DNA of 32,000 nucleotides. It comes from Wallemia ichthyophaga EXF-994 (Eukaryota > Fungi > Basidiomycota). The stretch covers positions 150,001-182,000 of the forward strand of contig NW_008806280.1 of assembly GCF_000400465.1 (NCBI RefSeq), written 5' to 3'. Positions within the stretch are counted from its first letter, which is position 1. Each line of letters starts with the position of its first letter. This document shows positions 1 through 11,542 of the stretch, one piece after another. The notes beneath the pieces are model-generated. The model worked only from the letters and a program-made list of their open reading frames with translations. It ran no database searches and was not told where the DNA came from. Made by a program: the position numbers and the translations under genes.

Positions 1-3000
1 TAACGCCTTCTTAGCTTTCTTGGCCGCTCTAGCTTCCTTGTTGTTACGTTTGCGCTTTCCGCTGACTTCTTCCTCCTCCTCTGGTTCACTACCGTCCTCC
101 TCATCCTCATCTGCGCCAGGAACCTCCATGTCCTCATCAATAGACAACAGGTCATCCTCTTCGTCATCGAGACCACCAACACCTCCTTCGTTGTCCTCAT
201 CATCCTTGTCCTCGTTATCCTCACCATCCTCATCATCCTCATCGGATTCTGAATCTGCTTTAGCTGCTTTGTCTTCCTCACCTTCAGCTTCGGCATCACT
301 GTCCTCCAACATGGCAGGATCGACGTGGTCTTCATCACTCTCTTCGAGGTCGTCATTCTCCTGTCCTGGCATCGTAGCTTGCATAGCCTAAAGAGTGGTT
401 AGAATTTACCATAAAACCAATTCAGACGATGCGCACCTTCCAGATCTCATCCTCGTCGAACTCTTCCTTATCATCAGATGCAGCATCGTTATCGCCATCC
501 TCCTTCTCATCCTTCTGCTCATCCTCATCATCGAGATTGACATCTTGACCTTGGTCAGTATCATCGTCACTCTCGCCCACACCTTCATCGTCAGAAGCCT
601 TCTTGCGCTTATCCCTCTTAGATGCTTTATCTTCCAACCTCTTGTTACGCTGATTGAAGAATTTATGGAAGAAAAGCTGATCAGGAGCTACATTTGCCTC
701 CTTCTTCCTCATAAACTCGTTGCTGTTCATCATCAACTCTCTAGTAGCACCCTTGACATTAGAGACAGTTTGTGATCGGTCAGACGCAGCAATAGGTTGC
801 ATGAGCGATGCACCCTTTGGCTTGATGTCTTTCTTTGGATTCTTGTAGACGAATCTGTCGAGGAAATGCATGAGTGTGTTGAGGTTGAGATCCGATGAAG
901 TTTTCACCACTTCTCCATTCAGTAGCTGCTTAGCCTGAATAGATACAGAGGGGTGATAGTGCTTTGTGAATGGTATCAACTCCCACAGACAACTGTGCTG
1001 AGCATTGCTATATTGAGGATCGCGCTTGAACTTGTCGTAAGACGTCGAAGCTACTCCACCACTCTCATTCTCTTCCTCCTCATCCAACATCGCTCTCAAT
1101 GAGGGATGGCTAGCGAATATGCCGTTGAGATGGTAGAATGCACCGCAAATGAATGAAGGTGATTGTCCGAGTAGCATTTGCAATATACGCTTCACAAACG
1201 CTGCTACTCGGGCATTCGATGGATCTCTCTTCATAGCCGAGAACAACAAGTTGAGGTACATGGACTGCTTTGACGAGCCTCCCAGTCTTGGATCCAGCAG
1301 CGACTCATACAATGCACGGTAAAATCTGTCTGAGACTGTGTCCTTTATAATCGTTATTTGGTAGATTAGTTGTAATGCTTGAATAGCTATGTTGAAGGTA
1401 CCAGTGTGGGTGATTCTAAACAGAGTATTCATGTAATTATCGAAACTGAATTTGTCAGTACTGCGAATGTAAAGTCATTGGACTCACATTTTTTCATCAA
1501 TATCAGCGTATGGCATGGCACGGTGTACGCCGGCCAAAATACCGGCAACCATCTTAGACTTTTTCTCCTCAAGAGCCTCAGGATCATCTTCGACATCTTC
1601 CTTCTTGTCTTTCTTAACATTCTTACCTTGGTTTTTCTTACCCTTCTTAGCATTCTTAGCATCCTCCTTGGATTTCTTCACCAATGTTTCCTCCTCCCTG
1701 AGGAAATCTTTGAAGCAGTTAAAGTATATTTCTATCAGTTTGTTTGCAACGCCAGTGTCAGCCTTTGTGAACATGATCTGATTTAATGTAATAATCGCGT
1801 AGTACTTGGCAGAGTCTGACATGTTTGGACGGAAGATGAGATCACCGACTTCGCGACTGATAATGCCTTTCATTGCAGGGTGAGCTTGCAAGACAACAAG
1901 CAGCTGATTAGAAGCTTTTGATGCTACTTGACGAGAAGGATCACCCTATCCTTGATTTAGTTTTGTTATTGAGAAAAAGAAAATACCTACCAACTTGTTT
2001 ACTAGTAGTCTAAGCAGATTATGCTCCTGCTCTGGCTTGTTTTTCAAAAGCTGGAAGATGAGCATGACAGCTTGCTGCCTTACAAAGACGAGATTGTCAT
2101 GAGTGATCGACTGAAGTATGTCAGCATACTATAAGCCCCAAAGAAAGCTCAACTCACCTCAAGTAGCTGCAAAACCTCAAAGAAATATCCCTTGAACCAA
2201 TTTTCAAAGGCCCAGAAAGTGAGATGCTTATCGGTTGCACCCTGATGGGTGAGGTTGGGCTGATCGGCGATATAAACCAGCTTTCTGTTAGAAGGTAGAC
2301 CGTGTGGACCAGCCAACCAATCAACTAGGGCCTTCATTGCCCTGAGTGCCTCTTCACGCTTAGGTTTTGCAGCCATATTCTTGAGAGATTCGAGACTGGA
2401 AATGTTATGGATAGGCGACTCAGCAACCAAGAGGGCGAGTGCGGAGACTCTATCATTAAGAGTACCAGACTTAAGCATCTGATCCAAGAATTTCTTATCA
2501 GAAGCAGAGACGGCTGAGCTTGAAGAGGCGATCTTTGGTAGATCTTCGAGTAGCTTCTGTGCGTGTGATATCTGCCCATCAGAAGTCAACGATTTGCTAG
2601 TGTTAGCCTTGGATTTTGAGAGTTGAGGGAGAGGCTGAAGGAACCATTGAGGAATTTGGACGAACGGACCGTTTGGATCGATTTCACTGAGCGGGTCTGC
2701 GTCTGCGTCTTGCTCAAATTGATTATCACCTTCTTGACTAGAATCTTCTTGCTCGCTGTCGTCGTGATTTTCATCATCGCTAGCAGAAGCAGCCTTCACG
2801 TCAGTCTCGCTACCGTTGGCATCGACATGATCATCGTTATCGTCATCTTCCTCTTCCTCTTCCTGAGGCTTAGCAGAGTTGAAGTCGAGAGATTTGTATA
2901 AATCCTTCAAATCTTTCAATAAAGCTGGGTCATTCTGCTCGCCGCTATTAAACACGTGCTCGTCATCACTGTCGACGCCTTGGAACAGCTTCAAATCGTC

Positions 3001-3165
3001 TTCATCGCCGCCGAGAGCGAGAACTTCCTTCTTGAGGTCGTTGTGGGGAGCATGTTGAGGATGTTGTGGCTGCTGCTGCTGCAATTTACCACGCTTATCC
3101 TGCGTGCTCTTCTTATCCCCCTTCTTATTCCCGTTTCCTTTCTGTTTGAATTTATTAGGCGCCAT
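1..3165 (-). CDS. MAK21: Ribosome biogenesis protein MAK21/NOC1 (CEBPZ family); 3' end truncated by window edge
   Basis: ATG at 3165 (MAPNKFKQK). Introns 2111-2157, 1946-1990, 1446-1487 and 388-436 join the ORF fragments in frame. Motifs SGTLNDRVSAL, KPEQEHNLLRLLVNKLGD, CBF-domain DRFYRALYESLLDPRL and NTLMHFLDRFVYKNPKK, then an acidic C-terminal tract. Confidence 0.93.
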
Positions 3166-3217
3166 AGATGGTCGAACGAGATGAAGAGATTGTTGATTCG
3201 AAACGGTCAAGACAAAA

Positions 3218-4197
3218 ATGCCGAAAGCCGAAGCGGGATCATCGAAAGCAGTTGGAAATGCCATGAAGGCTAAAGGTGAGTTGTGATTGTATAGCCACCG
3301 CCAACTCTCATGCTCACGAATCCCAGGCCTCGGGAGATTAAGATGGTATTGTCAAGTATGTGAGAAGCAGTGCAGAGACGAGAACGGCTACAAGTGCCAC
3401 ACGCAATCTGAGAGTCACCTGAGAGCGATGCTTCACGTCGGCGAGAATGCAGGCAAGTTTATATCCGACGCTTCCCAACAATTCCAGCGTGAATTCGTTA
3501 TTCTTCTTTCAAGAAGGTGAGTTTGAGCGTGTTATCTGGAATGCAGCGATTGTAACCAACACGCAACAGACACGGCACTAATCGCGTTGCTGTCAACACC
3601 GTTTACCAGGAGTTCATCGCCGATAAGCACCACCTCCACATGAACGCCACTCGCTGGGTAACGCTGACGGAATTCACAAAGTACCTTGGCAGAGCTGGTA
3701 TTGTTCGTGTCGATGAAACTGAACAGGGTTTGTACGTCAGCTGGATCGATAACTCCCCTCAAGCTCTCGCACGCCAGGAGGCAAGTCTTAAGAAGGACAG
3801 ACAGCATATGGATGATGAGCAGCGTGAGCGTAAGATGATTGCTGAGCAAATCGAAAGAGCAAAGCTTCAAGGTGACGGTGTTCCTAAAGAGCATAAACCT
3901 AGTGTCCTCAACAAGGGTGACGCTCCTATTAAACTCTCTTTGAATTCAAACTCATCTGGTCAGAGTAGTGCTCCTAAGATTTCACTCAAGCCGACTGCTG
4001 CTGCTGCACCCGCATCCACGCAGAAACCAGCTAACGTCTTCAAAGCTGCTAAACAATCTAAAGCAACACCCGTTACACAGACTCCACACCAAACCAAACC
4101 AAAGTCGGCTATGGAGTCGCTCATGATTGGTAACGAGGAACGCAAGAAGCGTCTAGCTGAGCGTGAGCAAGGCCAGAATAAGAAGGTGAAGCTTTAG
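3218..4197 (+). CDS. KIN17: KIN17/RTS2-like zinc-finger protein (about 291 aa, short fungal form)
   Basis: MPKAEAGSSKAVGNAMKAK|GLGRLRWYCQVCEKQCRDENGYKCHTQSESH (C2H2 finger). Introns 3276-3326 and 3517-3569. Winged-helix HMNATRWVTLTEF and YVSWIDNSP motifs. Confidence 0.93.
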
Positions 4198-4262
4198 CGT
4201 GTCACCGCGTCATCACCTCAACTCCACACTGTACTTTTCTATCAATGTAATAATATATGCAT

Positions 4263-4310
4263 ATACGGTTGAATGTCTAGAATACAGTTGAATGTTATGC
4301 AAATACGGTC
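4263..4310. repeat. Degenerate ~20-bp tandem repeat (ATACrGTtGAATGT core), about 2.5 copies
   Basis: Units start at 4263, 4282 and 4303, in the gap between the convergent KIN17 and GCV2 genes. Confidence 0.5.
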
Positions 4311-4432
4311 GTTAGGTGTTGAACAATGGCAATGACTTGATGAGAGTGATTGAAACATAGAATAACCAGGGAGTGAAAATCATGAAACTGTTGAGGTTCA
4401 TAGTCTGTAAGCTGCCTTGCGAGCTATACCAT

Positions 4433-7400
4433 CTACTCCGCCATTTCCTCTACACTTGGACAGCTACAGGTAAGGTTACGATCACCATATGCTATCACAC
4501 TATCAGTAAACTACCATCACGCCCATAAATTCACTCACCATCATCCACTCTCCCCACAGAAGGCCAGAACTTGTTATTGGCGAGGTAAGCGAGAGGATAA
4601 ACGGCCTTTTGGCGTGAGTATGGTCGTGTAGCAGCCCACTTGTCATCTGACCAAGCGAGAGATGAGAGAGTATGAGGGGCATTCTTGATAACGTTAAGCA
4701 CGCGATCCGCTTTTCCATTTGCCACCTCATCAGCCTCCCCCTTGATATGAATGAGTGCATCAATAAACCTATCGAGCGTCTCCTTGTTTTCTGACTCAGT
4801 AGGCTCTATTAGCATAGCAGATGTGATTGGCCAGGAACAGGTTGGTGGATGAACGCCAAAGTCCTGTGAAGAGGTGGAAAGGGTCAGTAAGTGTCATTAC
4901 ATCCATACGCATCACAAACTCACCTGCAACCGCTTGGCGAAATCCATCACCTTTAATCCACTTTCTTCGAAATTAGCCAAATCTAAAAGCAGCTCATGCG
5001 CCACAGCCCCTTTTGAGTTAACGAAACGGACATTGAAATGCCCTTCTAGCCTTTTCTTGATATAGTTGGCATTGAGGAGGGCAATTTTAGACGACTCAGT
5101 GAGGCCACTCCCGCCCAGCATTTTAATATACGCCCAGCTGATGGTGAGGATGCTAGCGCTGCCTTGCGCAGCAGCACTGACAGGTGTGAGTGACGAATCT
5201 GTACCGTGCGGCGAGAGAGGATGACCAGGTAAAAATGGTACGAGATGTTCAGCAACGCATATAGGTCCTACACCCGGTCCACCACCACCATGTGGAATCG
5301 AAAACGTTTTGTGCAAATTCAAGTGACAAACATCTCCACCACAGGTGTATGGGTTAGTCAAACCAACTTGTGCATTCAGATTGGCTCCATCGAGATAAAC
5401 TTGCCCTCCCTTATCGTGGACTAGCTTGCATGCCTCTTGCACACCTTCCTCGAATACTCCAAATGTTGATGGATAGGTGACCATGAAAGCTGCGAGATTC
5501 TCACTGTATTCTTCACACTTTCCGCGCAGGTCTTCCATATCTAACCGTCCATCCTTGAGCGTCTTGATTGGGACTACTTTCATCCCTGCCATCACCGCCG
5601 AGGCGGGATTTGTGCCGTGAGCTGAGAGAGGAATGAGACATATGTTTCGTTTTCCGCCATCCCCTTTGCTTTCATGATACGCTTTGATTACTGACAGGCC
5701 TGCGAATTCACCCTGCGCACCACTGTTTGGTTGCAGCGATGTCGCACTAAACCCTGTGATAGCAGCCAAGTCATCCTCCAATTCCCTTATCATCTTAGCA
5801 TACCCTTGAGCTTGGTCTATTGGCACGAACGGGTGAACACTCGACCACTCAGGCTGGGTGAATGGAATCATTGAGCTTGTTGAATTCAACTTCATAGTGC
5901 AGCTACCAAGTGGAATCATGTTGTGAACAAGCGAAAGATCCTTGCCCTGTAGGTAGTAGATATACCTCAAAAGCTCAGTCTCTGATTGATACCTGTTGAA
6001 AGTCTCGTGTTGGAGATAGGATGATTGTCTCTGAAGTTTTTCATCTGCAGCTACTTGCAGTGTAGGCAGAGTGTGACGGGTGAGGTTAAGATCGAGCGCA
6101 ATTTCCTCCAAAGCTTGCGGACGTGTGAGGTCTTTAGCAGCTTGGGATGCTTCTATGCCGCGGGCTGTTCTGGCCTGGGAGAAAACATCCAATAGCGTAA
6201 GTATGTCCTTCTCGGTGACACTCTCATCGAGCGTGATCCCGACTGTGTGGTCGTCCACGCGACGCAAGTTTATGCCATTCGCTATAGCGGCAGCGTGCGT
6301 CGACTCAGCTGATGCGACATGAACAGTGAGCGTATCGAAGTAACTGTCTCGATTCTTGACCGTGAATCCCTCTTTTTCGATACCCAGCTTAAGCACTTTT
6401 GTGAGAGCGTGAACTTTGGCTGCTATCTGACGCAAGCCCTGGGGACCATGATAAACAGCATACATAGCAGCCATGTTTGCAAGCAATGCCTGTGCTGTGC
6501 AGATGTTCGAAGTAGCTTTATCGCGTCTGATGTGCTGCTCTCTCGTTTGAAGAGCAAGTCTATAGGCTATTTTGCCGTCGGAATCTTTTGATACACCAAT
6601 CAACCTTCCTGGCATCCTACGCTTGAGGGCGTCTGAGCAGGCGAAGAATGCTGCATGAGGACCACCCTGGTTGGAAATGTTAGAAGATTTTCGACGACGG
6701 TAATGTAAACCTCACGTATCCCAATGGAACACCGAATCTAGCAGAGTTGCCAACGCAGATATCAGCACCAAACTCGCCTGGTGGCTTGAGCAGAGTGAGA
6801 GCCAAGAGATCAGTTGCGCAGACAGCAAGACCACTAAGGCTGTGAACTTGGCTGATTAGGTTGGAGTAGTCTTGGATGGCGCCGTCAATATTTGGCTGAA
6901 CACGGTGTCAGAAGAGCAATGAAAAAGAGTATCGACACTCACATACTGGAACAAAGCACCAACAAGGTCAGAACGTATATTGTCCTTCTGTAAAAGATCA
7001 TTAATGTCGCCGTGGACAACGTTGATACCAAGACCACGAGCGCGAGTGTGAAGAACAGCGAGAGTCTGAGGCAAGACACCAGAATCGACGATGAAAGTGC
7101 GCTTGCTACCTTTTGCGGTACCGAAAGCAATAACCATAGCCTCTGCAGCAGCAGTAGCCTCATCGAGCAAAGAAGCATTAGCGATGTCCATTCCGGTGAG
7201 AGAAGACACCATAGTCTGGTAATTAAGCAAGGACTCGAGTCTGCCCTGAGAAATTTCAGGCTGATAGGGCGTATAGCTGGTATACCAAGCAGGATTTTCA
7301 GTGATGTTGCGGAGAATGATTGGTGGAGTGACAGCGTTGTGATAGCCCATGCCTATGTACGATTTAAAGAGTTTGTTCTGGCTGCCGAGCTGCTTGGCGC

Positions 7401-7731
7401 GAGCAAGAAGCTCCGATTCGGAGAGTGGGGGAATGGAAGAGTCGTTGATGGAGTCGTGGATGCGTATATTCGCAGGCACAGCGTCATTGATGAAGTGGTC
7501 AAATGACGTGTAGCCGAGTGAATCGAGCATTTGGTCGACATGGGCAGAGCGTGGGCCAACGTGGCGGCGGGTGAAGGAGTCAAGTGGAGCGAATATGCTG
7601 TTCGCCGTGGTTGGTGGCGCGTCAGCCACCTCGAAAGTAGCCAATGAGCGTAGGCATTGGCTGGTCGTGCTTGTGCGGCATCTGAGAGATCTGAGAGACC
7701 TAAGAGACGTGAGAGCCCCAGATCTTAACAT
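4433..7731 (-). CDS. GCV2: Glycine decarboxylase (glycine cleavage system P protein), mitochondrial, about 1031 aa
   Basis: Arg/Ser/Leu-rich presequence. Motifs WYTSYTPYQPEISQGRLE, NASLLDEATAAAEA, IRRDKATSNICTAQALLAN, PLGSCTMKLN, QPNSGAQGE, PLP-site HLNLHKTF and C-terminal YGDRNLTCSC. Introns 6896-6942, 6667-6715, 4864-4923 and 4492-4538 keep the frame. Confidence 0.97.
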
Positions 7732-8114
7732 TTTGAATTGAATTTAGCTGATATTTGGGCGTTTCAGACAAGATGATAAAACCAATTAACCAAATTAACC
7801 AACGGGATCCCGGAAATACTGATAAAACTGATCGATAGACACATGCTCATCTCGCTTAGACTGCGGCAGCTATACTGGCTGGCTCAGCTGGTGTAATCAA
7901 TTGAGCTGTAAATTCCAGTCACGCGGCTTATCTGGATACCCTGTTAGCCCTGGATGCCCCATCACAGCGATCCATGTAAGCGTGTTGATTGAAATATAAA
8001 AATATAAAAACATCAGCGCTATCATGTGTTTTCGTATGCCATTTTCTATCGGACACGACCGGAGACTTGTTAGACTGGAAACACGTCATCTCTCTCACCT
8101 CTTACACTCGCAAA

Positions 8115-9061
8115 ATGGCAGAAGAAGTGAAGGACGCAAAAGCAGCGACTAAATCATCATTGAAATCGTTTCTCTCTGGTGGATTTGGTGGTTCAATGGC
8201 TGTCCTCGTTGGACACCCGTTCGATCTCACCAAAGTGCGATTGCAGACAGCCGAAACGGGCGTCTACAACGGCGCAATTGACGTAGTGAAGCAGTCCATA
8301 GCCAAAGATGGCGCTAGAGGTTTGTACAAGGGCGTTCTTCCACCGCTCGTTGGCGTTACCCCCATTTTCGCACTTAGCTTCTGGTCTTATGATCTCGGCA
8401 AGAAAATTGTCTTTGGTTGCAGATCAGAACAGGCTAATAGGGAGAAGGGCACCTCTCTTTCTACGTCTGAACTCGCTTTCGCCGGCTTCTTTAGTGCTGT
8501 TCCTACAACGCTGATTACATCACCCGTCGAACGCGTCAAAGTGCTCCAGCAGACTGAGTCGAAGAAGGCTGGGATGGGTAGTGTCATCAGTAGAATGTAT
8601 AAAGAGGGTGGATTGAAGAGCGTCTACAGAGGCACGGGCGCTACTTTGGCTAGAGATGGTCCTGGCTCCATTGCTTACTTTGTCAGTTACGAGCAGATCA
8701 AGAAAATGCTTACCCCAGCCGACTCAACCGGTGAACTCAACCTCGGCGCTGTTCTCACTGCAGGTGGTTTGGCTGGCGTTACTATGTGGTCATTCGCTAT
8801 ACCGCCTGATGTTATCAAGTCACGCATCCAATCTGCTCCTGAAGGTGTGTACAAGGGTTTTGTAGATTGCGCTGTGAAGACTGTCAAGGCTGATGGCATG
8901 GGTGCATTGTTTAAGGGTTTCGGACCTGCAATGGCTAGAGCATTCCCAGCCAACGCAGCCACCTTTGTGAGTTGAATAACAGCATTAACGATAAAGCTTC
9001 TCACATATATTCACAGCTCGGCGTCGAAATATCAGCAAAAGCACTCGAAAAAGTGTTGTAG
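8115..9061 (+). CDS. CRC1: Mitochondrial carnitine/acylcarnitine carrier (SLC25A20-like), about 298 aa
   Basis: Three carrier repeats (PFDLTKVRLQ, PVERVKVLQQ, PPDVIKSRIQ). CACT-type GVTPIFA, RDGPGS and RAFPANAA motifs. Intron 8967-9016; last exon LGVEISAKALEKVL*. Confidence 0.9.
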
Positions 9062-9130
9062 AGGAGGATGACGAGTCTTGTAATTTCAACGCGATTCATG
9101 AATGATAAAGTATGGAAATTGAAAAAACGT

Positions 9131-9932
9131 TTAAAGGTCAGCGTCATCCTCATCTGGGAGTGGAGCAGCAGCTGCTTGTTCTAATTCTTGTTTGTATTGA
9201 GCCATCAGAGAAGGATCGACCGCAGCTTCTGGAGGAGCAAGAGCAGGAGCAGCAACGAACTCGAGACTTTGGTTACCAGCGAGCTTCCTAGCCAACCACA
9301 AGAAAGGCTTTTCAAAGTTGTAGTTTGACTTTGCGGAAATTTCAAAGTACTGGAGGTTCTTCTTCCTGTGGAAGGTGACAGCACCGGTCTTGACCTTGCG
9401 CTCCTTGACATCGACCTTGTTACCGCAGAGGACGATCGGAATGTTCTCACAGACTCTCTCCAAGTCTCTGTGCCAGTTTGGAACGTTCTTGTAGGTAATT
9501 CTAGAGGTAACATCGAACATGATGATACCGCATTGGCCTTGGATGTAATAGCCATCACGCAATCCACCAAACTTCTCTTGACCGGCCGTATCCCAGACGT
9601 TGAAGCAAATTCTACCAAAGTTTGTATCAAAGGAGAGTGGGTGGACCTCTACACCAAGCGTGGCAATGTACTTCTTCTCGAATTCTATGACGCATTATTT
9701 AAACGTGGATTCACCGCCATTACGATATCAAACTCACCACCAGTCATGTGACGTCTAACAAAGGTTGTCTACGCGTCACGTTAGTTGATTGTACGCTGGC
9801 TTGGACCATTTCTCACTTTACCAGTACCACCGTCACCGACTGGATACACGTTAGTTGAGTAGCCCACGCCGCGCACGCTCACTCACCGAGAACGAGCTTG
9901 AATGTTGGAGGTGCTGCTGCTTCTGCTGACAT
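9131..9932 (-). CDS. GSP1: Ran GTPase, 217 aa
   Basis: Exons 9932-9887, 9839-9817, 9768-9738 and 9684-9131 give [44 protein letters not shown] and the acidic DEDDADL tail. Confidence 0.97.
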
Positions 9933-9981
9933 CTGCAATTCCTGTTAATTTCTTCTTTTTTGTGTTTCTGCGTCTCCTCAC
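9933..9981 (-). other. Probable 5'-UTR intron of the Ran gene, ending immediately before the ATG
   Basis: Donor GTGAGG at 9981, TTAAC branch-like site, acceptor GCAG at 9933. Its 49-nt length matches the other introns in the window. Confidence 0.6.
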
Positions 9982-10210
9982 CTTTACTAGTCGTGGTGAA
10001 AAGCGAGTTTTGAGCGAGTTTTCTGTCTTGGGAAAATATAAAAAAAATTTATAAGTCGTGTGTTTAGGGGTGCTGTGTGTGAGTACACAATTGTAAATCC
10101 CTTCCTCCCTTTTCTGCGTTTAAATCAAGAGAAAACATGCATTGGTTATTATTATCTATCAATGTAAAGTAGGCGAAAGTGTATTGTCCGTTTCATATGA
10201 GAAGAAATCG

Positions 10211-11029
10211 TTACTTGGCTGATTGCTTGCGCCCTGCGACGTGCCCTACCGACACCGGTCTTCCAGCCACCCACGACGCCCTGCCGCCTTCTGAGGGCGA
10301 TTGGAACGCTGATTTGAAGCTCGACTGTCTCGAGTTGACCGACGACGACCGGACTGACGGCGCTTTTGGCGTCGACCCGTGTATCGATGTCGCTGCGCCT
10401 TCCGCAACTGTGACGCACACAAGCGGGAACGCTCCCTCTCTGAAGGACGATCCTAGGATCTGGCCAGCAGCCCATGCATCGTCGTAGATCCGCGTCACTC
10501 TGATTGTCTGGTCAGGCATTATTGTCAGCTCATCTGGGAGCGCTGCGTTGTAAGGATAGAGAACGAATACGTTTGATCTGCAATTCCGTTAATCTGAGCT
10601 CTCGTTTTCAATGTCGCCGCCTCACCCGGGATAAATGAATGTGTCCTGCGATTGGTTGGTGTCTTTGTAGCTGTCCATCAGGTTCGGCTGGCTTTCTTCT
10701 GCGGCTCCCCCGCTAGAAGTCTGTACAGACTGCTGGATCGAGTTCCTGAAGTTGTCGTCGGCGTTTGAGCCCGGCTTCTCCAAACCGTGGTCGTAGTGGT
10801 GGTCGTGATCGTGATCGTGGTCGTTGCTCAGCGGCTGCGGAGGTGGCTGGCCGTAGTTGTTGCCATTCTCCGCGCTGTTGATCTTCTCAATGTTGTTCGA
10901 CCTCGTCTTCTCCACTGCGTTGCTGCGTTTCTTCAGAAGGTACAGCAGCACAAATATAATGGCTATCAAAACTACTCCAACGACTACTCCTACTACGACG
11001 CCTGCAATGGCTCCTCCTGATAATCCCAT
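10211..11029 (-). CDS. Single-pass membrane protein with C-terminal-half SH3 domain (about 256 aa), Fus1-like architecture, unknown function
   Basis: Exon 1 (11029-10626) encodes the TM helix LSGGAIAGVVVGVVVGVVLIAIIFVLLYLL followed by KKR. Intron 10578-10625 (48 nt, GTGAGG/TTAAC/GCAG) joins in frame to VFVLYPYNAALPDELTIMPDQTIRVTRIYDDAWAAGQ...GAFPLVCV, an SH3 pattern. Confidence 0.8.
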
Positions 11030-11179
11030 TCTGCGTTTCGAATATGACGGTTACTTGTTATGATCTGTTTGCGACGGCCTGTGCGTGGTAAGTCTTAACG
11101 AACGAATATTTTTAGTGAGTGGGTGGAGGTGGAACAATTATCGGTGACTTGTACCGCTTTATAGCCGCTTTGATAGTCT

Positions 11180-11542
11180 ATGGTATTGTGGATGCTCTAT
11201 TCTTTCCCATAGTCGTCCTCCTGCACGTCGGCAACGCAGGTCAAATTTTTCTGCACAGACGGCTATTGCGAGAATACATTGTTGGTGCTCCTGAATGAAT
11301 GGCTCTATGCGTCGCTCCTCTTCTCTCTCCTCTACGTCCTCTCATTTCCGCTGAAACTCGCTTCGGGGGCTATTCCCGGCGAACCACACACATTATTCAT
11401 CGGCCAGGGCATTATGTTAGGGTGGTCATTCGCCGCCCTAATTGCCCGCCGTAACCCATGCGCTCGCACGGATCATCAAAGTTGTTTCACCATCCAAGCT
11501 GTCACTCGGCATTGTGGAGGTGCGTTCGATCTACAGCGATAA
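11180..11542 (+). CDS. Candidate small orphan membrane protein; 3' structure uncertain (may extend to 11666)
   Basis: ATG at 11180 plus a 57-nt GT-AG intron (11183-11239, containing an in-frame stop) gives MVKFFCTDGYCENTLLVLLNEWLYASLLFSLLYVLSFPLKL...IGQGIMLGWSFAALIAR, with two hydrophobic segments. Further intron-like elements at 11451-11498 and 11520-11573. No family recognised. Confidence 0.35.

Noticed and set aside
20-775. Long plus-strand ORFs 20-391 and 395-775, and the many similar antisense ORFs (e.g. 7012-7506, 9368-9751, 10179-10487, 11837-12349)
   Set aside because: They are shadows of real genes on the opposite strand. Poly-Ser/Leu/Ile content mirrors acidic or basic tracts, and no motifs are recognisable.
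3166-3264. ORF-track N-terminal extension of MAK21 (similar extensions at 7989, 24213, 26708, 28382 and 28437)
   Set aside because: These rely on non-ATG starts, run through introns or overlap the neighbouring gene's CDS. Family-consistent ATG starts exist elsewhere.
7874-7919. tRNA A-box-like TGGCTCAGCTGG with a GCTC/GAGC stem
   Set aside because: No downstream GTTCRA T-loop or acceptor stem; most likely chance promoter sequence.
8115-9061. Idea that the carrier next to GCV2 is a glycine carrier (Ymc1/Hem25 type) forming a glycine cluster
   Set aside because: The contact-site motifs GVTPIFA, RDGPG and RAFPANAA match the carnitine/acylcarnitine carrier subfamily.
9738-9768. Ran [10 protein letters not shown] versus the usual TTFVKRHLTG
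   Set aside because: Conservative substitutions; all GTPase motifs are intact.
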